Source of the DNA: Candidatus Saccharimonadales bacterium
GTDB lineage: Bacteria; Patescibacteriota; Saccharimonadia; Saccharimonadales; SZUA-47
Direction of reading: 5' to 3'
Assembly (NCBI GenBank): GCA_038211855.1
Contig: JBBQVE010000006.1
Span: 2,146-66,145 of the forward strand
Length of the DNA: 64,000 bases
Below are positions 53,302-60,302 of the stretch, one piece after another (position 1 is the first letter of the stretch; each line of letters begins with the position of its first letter). Under the pieces are notes generated by a model. That model was not told the DNA's origin. It was given only the letters and a program-made list of their open reading frames with translations, and searched no databases. The position numbers and the translations under genes are program-made.

Positions 53302-53475
53302 ATGGATCCACAAATAATCCCCCACCGTACTCCGAACAAACTTGCGAACTGGGTCAATGAAGCCCCGACTGTTGAGATATCCGCTCAACGCTATGACCAG
53401 ATTATTCATGGCGTTTTGCCTACACCTACAGACTCGCCATTTGCCGCCACACTACCCGGCTTCCGCCGTTCGTAG
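53302..53475 (+). CDS. Possible 57-aa protein (below ORF-track cutoff)
   Basis: ATG at 53302 to TAG at 53473-53475 (MDPQIIPHRTPNKLANWVNEAPTVEISAQRYDQIIHGVLPTPTDSPFAATLPGFRRS). Lies downstream of the 53246 promoter. No SD, with an A-rich 21-nt leader. Confidence 0.3.
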   Translation: MDPQIIPHRTPNKLANWVNEAPTVEISAQRYDQIIHGVLPTPTDSPFAATLPGFRRS

Positions 53476-54999
53476 CTAGTCAGCAACAGTTTGTTGTTGT
53501 TCGTCGACCTTGGTCTTCTCATTCAAAAAGTCAGCCGCCCGGTAGCCTATAATTCTTTTGCGATCATCGTTGAGGTGATCAAGTTCACCGACGATAGTTT
53601 TCATATGGGGATTCTTGGCAAAAATAGCACGATTCTTCTCGATAAAGCCCCAATAGAGCCCGTCCCACACGTCTGCCCAGACATCTTTTTCGTAATAGCT
53701 CATCTGCATAATATAGTCGCTGCTGCTGGCACTTGGTTTCGGTGTCATGGTGCCGCCATCGGCCGCCTGGCTCAGCGTATACACACAGGGCACCAGCGCC
53801 CAGTCGTAAGCATCAACCATCATTTCCATACACCAGTTGTAGACATCATTCGGGTCGATTTCTGACACAAGCATGATATTTCCCAGCACCATCAATCGTT
53901 CGTTGTTGGAGACATAGCCGCGCTTCAACACCTTCTTGATAACGTCATCAACCGGCGGAATTCCCGTTGTTGCTTCGTACCAATCCTGACTCAACTTTCG
54001 TTTGTGACCGAAAACATTCGCGCTGCGCATCGCCGCTTGGTGGGTCTGATACATCCCACGCATGTATTCGCGCCAGCCGAGCACTTGGCGCACAAAACTC
54101 TCAAGTGAAGGCAATGAAACTGGCTTTTTTGCATGCGCTGCAAGTGCGGCATCAAGAACAGCTTCAGGATTGAGCAGGCCAATGTTAAGGGCGGGCGAGA
54201 TGCCACTGTGGTAGGCCCATGGCGCTTGGCCATCGATGGCGTCGATGAAGGGACCAAAATGATCAAGGCGATCTTTCAGGAACGAAGCCAACCAGGTCTC
54301 TGCTTCTTCATGGTTGGTGGCCCAACAGAAATCAGCGTCGTCACCGGGGTTATTCGGGAAGTTTTTGCGCACATAATCGCGCGCTTCGTCAACGTATTTA
54401 TTACTGCCGAACACCTCGAACGTTGGTACGGCTTCACCTTCAGGCAGGCGCTTTTTGCTCTCTTCGTCGAAACTCCATGTGCCACCGACCGGCTTGTAAT
54501 CGTCGCCAATCAGAATGTTCCAGCGCTCGCGTTGCCATTGATAGAACGCACCAAAGGCAATTTTTTTGCTCGACCCAAAATACTGGGCGACTTCGCCGCG
54601 CTTGAGATAAAAGTTCGGGCTGTCGAGGATTTGTAGCTGCGGCACTTCGGGCACCGATCCATTTGCCGCCATCAAGCGGCGCTGCAAAACATCATCTACG
54701 ACATCGAAGACGGTGACCGAATCAAAGCCCTTTACCTTCTGCATGATGTCGCCACTGTCACCTAGATCAGCGAACGTGACATATTCAACATCGTAGCCGG
54801 CCGGCCACAAAACTTCCTCGATGTAGCGGCGCATACTGGCACGGTGCAGGATCAGTTTTTGACGATGAAAAAAGACTGGAAACTTGAGATCTGTCCCAAA
54901 ATATAAGGGGTCCTCAATCACAAACACGTGCGTGATGCCTTCGGGAAGGAAGTCTTTTTTGAAGAGCTGATGCGGATATACCAGGTGGGCAGATTTCAT
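53476..54999 (-). CDS. Cryptochrome/photolyase-family protein (COG3046, FeS-BCP/CryPro-related) lacking the Fe-S cysteines
   Basis: 507 aa. The N-terminal MKSAHLVYPHQLF...VFVIEDPLYF and the C-terminal GWREYMRG, ERLMVLGN, DAYDWALVP patterns are typical of deoxyribodipyrimidine photolyase-related proteins. Confidence 0.8.
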   Translation of the reverse strand: MKSAHLVYPHQLFKKDFLPEGITHVFVIEDPLYFGTDLKFPVFFHRQKLILHRASMRRYIEEVLWPAGYDVEYVTFADLGDSGDIMQKVKGFDSVTVFDVVDDVLQRRLMAANGSVPEVPQLQILDSPNFYLKRGEVAQYFGSSKKIAFGAFYQWQRERWNILIGDDYKPVGGTWSFDEESKKRLPEGEAVPTFEVFGSNKYVDEARDYVRKNFPNNPGDDADFCWATNHEEAETWLASFLKDRLDHFGPFIDAIDGQAPWAYHSGISPALNIGLLNPEAVLDAALAAHAKKPVSLPSLESFVRQVLGWREYMRGMYQTHQAAMRSANVFGHKRKLSQDWYEATTGIPPVDDVIKKVLKRGYVSNNERLMVLGNIMLVSEIDPNDVYNWCMEMMVDAYDWALVPCVYTLSQAADGGTMTPKPSASSSDYIMQMSYYEKDVWADVWDGLYWGFIEKNRAIFAKNPHMKTIVGELDHLNDDRKRIIGYRAADFLNEKTKVDEQQQTVAD

Positions 55000-55061
55000 T
55001 ACCTTCTATTGTGCCATAAAAAGCTCATGCTTTATAGGTGTGTGTGTAAAAAACGCCGTTG

Positions 55062-55067
55062 TATACT
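55062..55067 (+). promoter_or_regulatory. -10 box (leaderless geometry)
   Basis: TATACT, then 6 nt to the ATG at 55074. No convincing -35. Confidence 0.4.
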
Positions 55068-55073
55068 GTGTAT

Positions 55074-55346
55074 ATGACGAAGAATTCTAAAAAAGAAATG
55101 TCACCGGCAGATGCCAAGCAGGTTGCGAAAGCACTGCAGATATTATTTGCGACTGATTTTATTAGCAAGAAAAAGCTGTACTGGGAAAATTTTGTGCGTG
55201 GTTTCGTTGGTAGCATCGGAGCAATTGTTGGCGCAACACTCGGCATCGCCCTGCTCCTTTGGATACTTTCGCTGTTTAAGACCCTGCCCCTGATTGGTCC
55301 TTTGCTTCGGCACGCCCAAGACACGATCAAACACGCTGGAAAGTAG
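55074..55346 (+). CDS. Small membrane protein, DUF5665-like
   Basis: 90 aa from ATG 55074. YWENFVRGFVGSIGAIVGATLGIALLLWILSLF resembles the DUF5665 pattern. The track start at 55059 is a TTG inside the -10 box. Confidence 0.55.
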   Translation: MTKNSKKEMSPADAKQVAKALQILFATDFISKKKLYWENFVRGFVGSIGAIVGATLGIALLLWILSLFKTLPLIGPLLRHAQDTIKHAGK

Positions 55347-57011
55347 CTACATCGATTCGGGGGCTTGGACGCCAAGCAAATTGAGGCCGGTTTCGAGGAC
55401 TTTTTGGTAGGTTTCCAGGAGGGCGAGGCGCTTGCTTTGCCGCAAGTCACCAACGACACGTTCATTTTCGTAAAAGCGGTTGAAGGTCTGCGTAAGTTCG
55501 TAGAGATAGGTGCAGATGTGATGCGGCATATACTCTTTGAGTACTATTGCGATTACCTCTGGAAATTCAGTCATTTTTAGCGCCAAGGTTCGTTCGAATT
55601 CCGTAAAGTCTGTGCCGGCAGTTTTCTCGGCGTCACCAGCTTTTTTCATAATTGAGCAAGCTCTGGCATGGGCATATTGCAGGTACGGGCCACTGTTGCC
55701 TTCTATACTGACCGACTCAATCGGATCATAGATGATATCACCACCTATCCGCTGTTTCAAGAAGGCGTACTTCACCGCCCCGAGCACAACCCGTCCGTCT
55801 TCTTTGCCAGTGGCATGAAAGTTCGCTTCTTTGGCAGCATCCAAGATGTCGATAGCTCGCAGAATATTACCTTTACGCGAACTCATCTTCACGCCGCCCG
55901 GCAGTTTTATGACTCCATGCGTCAGATGAGTGGTGCGCTCAACTGCCTCTGGGTAGAAATTTGATAGTACTTGTAGCACAACCTTCATATACTCAGTTAT
56001 GTCGTTGGCGGTAATGATAAAACTTTTATCAAACTGATAGTCCAGCCATTTTGTCGCGGCGAGCCCGAGGTCTTTGGCTTCGTACGTCGGCAGTCCGGCG
56101 GAATTCATGAAGACACGCGTATGCAAACCGTATTCTTCACCCTTAAAGACGATGGCACCATCCGAATGAACCAAGATATCTTTATCGAGCGCTTCCTGAA
56201 CGATTTTGAGACCAGCAGGAGTGACCTCACTTTCGGGTATAAAGCGCTCGAATGGCTGCACTTGTAATTGCTGATACAGGTCTTTGAAGCCATCATAGCT
56301 CCACTCGCGACAAATCCAATAAATCTTGGCAAACGGCGTGTCGTGATCATGTTCAGAATGTAAGGTGTAGACCTGCTTGCTGTAGGTGGTAATAGCATCT
56401 TTGTTGTCGTTGTGTTCTTCGAATGCACTGTTGCCTTCAACATAACGTGCACTCAACCAATCAAGTCTGTGGAGTGGATCGACTTCATTCAGTTTTTCGG
56501 GATACTCGCCACCGAGATAACGAATAATCGCGTACATCGTCATGCCGACGTGTCGCCCGACATCACCGCCAAAATTGACGCGGTGTAGCGTGGCGCCGGC
56601 TGCCTGCATAACGTTGGCAATCACATCACCGACCACCGTTGTGTACAAATGCCCAGCGTGTAATACCTTGAAGGGATTCGGGTCTGAATACTCGGCGACT
56701 ACGACTTTGCCTGCCAGTTGTTGCGGCACATCAGCGGCTTTTTCGAGGAGGGTTTTCAAGGCATCGTCATTAAGACGGATATTTAAAAAACCAGGCCCAG
56801 CGACTTCGGCTGCGTACCCCACTTTTGCAAGTCCAGCTGCCAGCGCCTCTGCAATTTCACGCGGGTCTTTACCCACTTGCTTCGTCACCTGCATGGCAAC
56901 ATTACTGGCAAAATCACCAAATTCCGGCTCGGGACGTGACACCAGCGGAGCAATATCAAGCCCAAAAAGCTCTCGCACGCAAATTCTTATTGCAATTTTA
57001 ACTTCTTCCAT
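55347..57011 (-). CDS. argS: Arginine--tRNA ligase
   Basis: Class I HIGH-type motif (HAGHL), MSSRKG (KMSK-like), and a DALR anticodon-binding C-domain ending ...APESM. 554 aa. Confidence 0.95.
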   Translation of the reverse strand: MEEVKIAIRICVRELFGLDIAPLVSRPEPEFGDFASNVAMQVTKQVGKDPREIAEALAAGLAKVGYAAEVAGPGFLNIRLNDDALKTLLEKAADVPQQLAGKVVVAEYSDPNPFKVLHAGHLYTTVVGDVIANVMQAAGATLHRVNFGGDVGRHVGMTMYAIIRYLGGEYPEKLNEVDPLHRLDWLSARYVEGNSAFEEHNDNKDAITTYSKQVYTLHSEHDHDTPFAKIYWICREWSYDGFKDLYQQLQVQPFERFIPESEVTPAGLKIVQEALDKDILVHSDGAIVFKGEEYGLHTRVFMNSAGLPTYEAKDLGLAATKWLDYQFDKSFIITANDITEYMKVVLQVLSNFYPEAVERTTHLTHGVIKLPGGVKMSSRKGNILRAIDILDAAKEANFHATGKEDGRVVLGAVKYAFLKQRIGGDIIYDPIESVSIEGNSGPYLQYAHARACSIMKKAGDAEKTAGTDFTEFERTLALKMTEFPEVIAIVLKEYMPHHICTYLYELTQTFNRFYENERVVGDLRQSKRLALLETYQKVLETGLNLLGVQAPESM

Positions 57012-57019
57012 TGTTGCTC

Positions 57020-57529
57020 TTATTCTACCTTATTTCTACTCCAAGCGTCTTCAAAGATATAAGCCTTGTCACAGCAACTATTAAGTGGGAAATTACACTT
57101 TTTGGGACAGTTTTGACAGTTTAAAAGCGAGTCCGACGGTACATCGTCCAGCGACATATGCTGATAGCCCAACTTTTCAAACAAAGGTGCGCTATTTGGA
57201 TTGCAAAATGCCAGGATATTCTTGACAGCAGTAAGCACGACACGCGACGTGGTCACTCTTATCAGATCACTCCCAAGGCCTCTTCCTCTGTAGTTAGGGT
57301 GCACGATGAGGCTACCGATTTCAGCAGTATCAGTCTCGGTATAAGACGCTGTTTGTGCCGCGTATCCGACCACTTTACCACTGGCCAACATAACCCCCGC
57401 GAGTGTATTCGCTAACATTTTTTCCTGATCAAGCGGCAACATTTGTTCATCGAGTGTGTGGGCAGCAAGGTCCTGTACGGCAAGCCAGTTTTCTACACTC
57501 GACTCAATGGCTTGATAAATTAAACTCAT
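57020..57529 (-). CDS. GNAT-family N-acetyltransferase with Cys-rich C-terminus
   Basis: Acetyl-CoA motif A IVHPNYRGRGLGSDLI. C-terminal CQNCPKKCNFPLNSCC. AGGAG SD 5 nt upstream. The stop lies 8 nt from the argS ATG. Confidence 0.85.
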   Translation of the reverse strand: MSLIYQAIESSVENWLAVQDLAAHTLDEQMLPLDQEKMLANTLAGVMLASGKVVGYAAQTASYTETDTAEIGSLIVHPNYRGRGLGSDLIRVTTSRVVLTAVKNILAFCNPNSAPLFEKLGYQHMSLDDVPSDSLLNCQNCPKKCNFPLNSCCDKAYIFEDAWSRNKVE

Positions 57530-57540
57530 ATTTTCTCCTA

Positions 57541-57569
57541 AAATTAAAAGCCCCCAGATGATTGGGGGC
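57541..57569 (-). terminator. Intrinsic terminator directly upstream of the GNAT RBS
   Basis: Minus strand reads GCCCCCA-aucauc-UGGGGGC (57569-57550) followed by UUUUAAUUUU, then AGGAG. Confidence 0.7.
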
Positions 57570-57618
57570 GATCAAGGGCCTTTTTGTTAGAATTTATGCA
57601 ACTTCAAGGACCGCCCCC
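57564..57618 (-). promoter_or_regulatory. Candidate antiterminator helix competing with the 57541-57569 terminator
   Basis: GGGGGCGGUC (57618-57609) pairs over 10 bp (one G-U) with GAUCGCCCCC (57573-57564). The latter includes the 5' arm of the terminator stem. Confidence 0.5.
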
Positions 57619-57668
57619 GTAAAACGAGTGCGACGACGTGATATAAAAACGTTGCATGAATAAATCAT
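57594..57668 (-). CDS. Candidate 24-aa Arg-rich leader peptide
   Basis: ATG ATT TAT TCA TGC AAC GTT TTT ATA TCA CGT CGT CGC ACT CGT TTT ACG GGG GCG GTC CTT GAA GTT GCA TAA = MIYSCNVFISRRRTRFTGAVLEVA. The ATG lies 7 nt after a -10 box. Confidence 0.45.
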   Translation of the reverse strand: MIYSCNVFISRRRTRFTGAVLEVA

Positions 57669-57675
57669 AAGTACT

Positions 57676-57703
57676 ATTTTAGCTTATTTCTGTTATTTGT
57701 CAA
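57676..57703 (-). promoter_or_regulatory. Near-consensus sigma70 promoter (leaderless geometry) for the leader/GNAT/argS unit
   Basis: TTGACA (57703-57698), 16 nt, TAAAAT (57681-57676), then 7 nt to the ATG at 57668. The -35 overlaps the last codons of the upstream gene. Confidence 0.6.
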
Positions 57704-58373
57704 AATTTCGGTCTCGTAGCAGTGACATCCCGTACCAAAAAGCGATATAGATACAGCTTGTGGCAATAAAGAACACTCCGGTGACAAGGAACGAACGATT
57801 GTAATTAAGCGGATTAAGGAAGGTATCGGACACATCAAACAACAGCGTTTGCGGATGCAGCAGGATGTCCCATGAATTCCAGCGTAGAAAGCGACCCATA
57901 TCGACCGCAAAGCTACTCGCCAAGATGAACAGGCCGACCAATAGATGAGCATTCAGGCGTCCAAAGCGCTTTATGAGTGGCCGGTGCACGATCCACAGTG
58001 ATACACTACCCTGAATAAAGCCCGCCATAGCGAATAGCGCCAGCATGACGATGTCAAATAACAGGTTGATATCGGCCGTTTCGCCGAGATGCACAAAGTC
58101 AGTCAGCATATAAAACGTGTTTGGCAACAAAAAGAGCCAAAGACAGAAAAAGACGATTTTCCAGAGACGGTGCTTGCGTTCCCAAAAGTGGGCGAACAAG
58201 CCGGCCGAGCCTACCGCCAACAGAGACAACGTCAGATTCCAGATCATAAAAGAAAAATCGGCTTTGCTGGTGGCTGCAATTCGGATTGCCAAAAGCAATA
58301 ACGCTCCCGCACTCGGTGCGCCGAGAATGATCAGTACGGCTTTTTGCCACCGCCAAAGCGTCAGTCGAGACAT
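57693..58373 (-). CDS. DUF1361-like integral membrane protein
   Basis: Motifs LLPNTFYMLTDFVHL and RFLRWNSWDIL resemble DUF1361. I place the start at ATG 58373 (MSRLTLWRWQ), which avoids overlapping the divergent gene. Confidence 0.65.
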   Translation of the reverse strand: MSRLTLWRWQKAVLIILGAPSAGALLLLAIRIAATSKADFSFMIWNLTLSLLAVGSAGLFAHFWERKHRLWKIVFFCLWLFLLPNTFYMLTDFVHLGETADINLLFDIVMLALFAMAGFIQGSVSLWIVHRPLIKRFGRLNAHLLVGLFILASSFAVDMGRFLRWNSWDILLHPQTLLFDVSDTFLNPLNYNRSFLVTGVFFIATSCIYIAFWYGMSLLRDRNFDK

Positions 58374-58379
58374 GTAGGT

Positions 58380-58388
58380 ACTATACCA
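58380..58388 (-). promoter_or_regulatory. Extended -10 element (leaderless geometry)
   Basis: TGgTATAGT, then 6 nt to the ATG at 58373. Confidence 0.45.
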
Positions 58389-58419
58389 TCTACCTCTGTT
58401 AGATGATATACTTGCGCTT

Positions 58420-59103
58420 ATGGATACAGCCCTCAACGCAATTGCCAGCACTGTACGTAGCTGGATGGGCACCCCTGCCAAGTTTCTAAATCACGTCAGT
58501 GGTGGCCGGATTACCCCAAATCAAGTCACGCTCGTTTCCCTGCTTGGTCATTTCACCGTTATCTGGGCTTTATGGGATACCCGGCCAGTTCTGGCCGCTT
58601 TTTTATTGGCCTTCTTTGGCATCATGGATACGCTCGATGGTGCGCTCGCCCGGTTACAGAAAAGGGCTTCTTTAACAGGTATGCTCTACGATGCTGTCAG
58701 TGATCGTGTCAAAGAAATCATGGTCTACATTGGTTTAGCCTTCTATCTGCAAGAGAGTGTGGGGCTTAGCTCAGTGTCCTTTGTGAGCTTGCCAAACTGG
58801 TACGGCCTGCACAGTTTCCCACTGGACTCTATTCTGATAGCTGTATGTGGTCTTTCGATTGTCGTCAGCTACATCAAGGCGAAGGGCGAAATGGCGCTAA
58901 GTTCAACCGGAAAATACGACGCTCAAAAGTTAAATAGGGTCTTTGCCGATGGTGTTGCGCGTTATGAAGTCCGCATGGTGCTCATCTTTCTAGGCCTCCT
59001 TACCAACACGATTTTCGTGGTCCTCCACGTCTTACTTATTCTGCTTATTTTTACTTGTCTGCAGCGCCTTGTCCGCGTAACCAAAGCGCTCAAAGATGTA
59101 TAA
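58420..59103 (+). CDS. CDP-alcohol phosphatidyltransferase-family enzyme
   Basis: Complete signature D-x2-DG-x2-AR-x8-G-x3-D-x3-D (MDTLDGALARLQKRASLTGMLYDAVSDRVKE). Polytopic membrane protein. Confidence 0.9.
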   Translation: MDTALNAIASTVRSWMGTPAKFLNHVSGGRITPNQVTLVSLLGHFTVIWALWDTRPVLAAFLLAFFGIMDTLDGALARLQKRASLTGMLYDAVSDRVKEIMVYIGLAFYLQESVGLSSVSFVSLPNWYGLHSFPLDSILIAVCGLSIVVSYIKAKGEMALSSTGKYDAQKLNRVFADGVARYEVRMVLIFLGLLTNTIFVVLHVLLILLIFTCLQRLVRVTKALKDV

Positions 59104-59752
59104 AGTCGACCTGCACAGCCATTCGGTGGCCTCACTCGACGGCGGCATCAGCCCAGAACAATACGCCAAAATTCTCGAAACTGAATCGCTTGATTATATT
59201 GCCATAACAGATCATGACAGGGTGGATTTTGCGCTTGGTTTAAATAAAGCGCTGGGTGACAAAATCATCGTCGGTGAAGAAATTACCACCAGTCAAGGCG
59301 AGTTAATTGGCTTGTATCTGAAGGAGGTTGTAAAACCCGGGCAAAGCGCCGAAGCCACCGCCCATGCCATTCACAATCAAGGTGGCCTGGTGTATGTGCC
59401 ACACCCTTTTGAAACCGTACGCAAAGGTATCACCAAAGAGACACTCGAATCGATTGCCGAGCTCATCGATATCGTAGAAGTCCATAATGGTCGGGCTGTG
59501 TTTCAGAATTTTTCACCCCAGGCGGCGGCTTGGGAAAAAACCCATGGCAAAGCTGGCGCCAGCAGCAGCGATGCTCACGGCTACCGCGGACTTGGCTACA
59601 GTTACAGCATTCTAAAGGAAAAACCGGCCAGAGGCTCACTTACCGAGTCGCTCACGATGATGAACTTGGCACATCGTCATGCCCCGCTGACCACCCTGCT
59701 GTACCCCAAACTCAACAGACTGAAAAAGTCGTTGGGATTCAAGAATGCTTAA
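59096..59752 (+). CDS. PHP-domain metal-dependent phosphoesterase
   Basis: DLHSHSVASLDG and AITDHD motifs, with later His residues (VPHPF, VHNG, SDAHG). 8-nt overlaps with both neighbours. Confidence 0.88.
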   Translation: MYKVDLHSHSVASLDGGISPEQYAKILETESLDYIAITDHDRVDFALGLNKALGDKIIVGEEITTSQGELIGLYLKEVVKPGQSAEATAHAIHNQGGLVYVPHPFETVRKGITKETLESIAELIDIVEVHNGRAVFQNFSPQAAAWEKTHGKAGASSSDAHGYRGLGYSYSILKEKPARGSLTESLTMMNLAHRHAPLTTLLYPKLNRLKKSLGFKNA

Positions 59753-60302
59753 GGAAATTTTGTTCGCTTTGTGGTTCTTTTCGCCGGCAGGGTATGCCAA
59801 CGCTGCTCCCGTTTTTGCTAATAAGATCCCACATAGCGACTGGCTGGCAAAACCACTGGATTTTGGCAAGAAGTTCCGTGGTCGGCGTATTTTTGGTGAT
59901 CATAAGACTTTCCGCGGGCTGCTGGCCGGTATCGTGGTGGCCGAAGTCACCGTCACGCTCCAATACGTTCTGTACATAAACAGCGGCTGGTTTCGTAGTA
60001 TTTCGCTATATATCGATTATCGCCACACCAACATTCTGTTACTGGGCTTTTTATTTGCAGTCGGTGCTCTCGGCTTTGATGCACTCAAGAGCTTCTTTAA
60101 ACGCCAGATCGGCGTTAACCCGGGCAGTGCCTGGTTTCCGTTTGATCAAATTGACTACATCGTCGGTGGGCTTCTGCTCAGTTCCATCGTCGTACATATT
60201 CCTCATAGCACCTACTATTGGGTCGGCTTGATTTGGTTCTTACTCCACCCCGTCAGTACGTTCGTGGCGTGGCTGGTTGGCCTCAAAGACTCCCCAATCT
60301 AG
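59745..60302 (+). CDS. carS: CDP-archaeol synthase-like (CarS/DUF46 family) CTP-transferase
   Basis: 185 aa, colinear by eye with archaeal CarS: N-terminal W..SPAGYANAAPVF, PLDFGKKFRGRRIFGDHKTFRGLLAG, later FKRQIG and DQIDY. 5 TM helices. Confidence 0.8.
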   Translation: MLKEILFALWFFSPAGYANAAPVFANKIPHSDWLAKPLDFGKKFRGRRIFGDHKTFRGLLAGIVVAEVTVTLQYVLYINSGWFRSISLYIDYRHTNILLLGFLFAVGALGFDALKSFFKRQIGVNPGSAWFPFDQIDYIVGGLLLSSIVVHIPHSTYYWVGLIWFLLHPVSTFVAWLVGLKDSPI

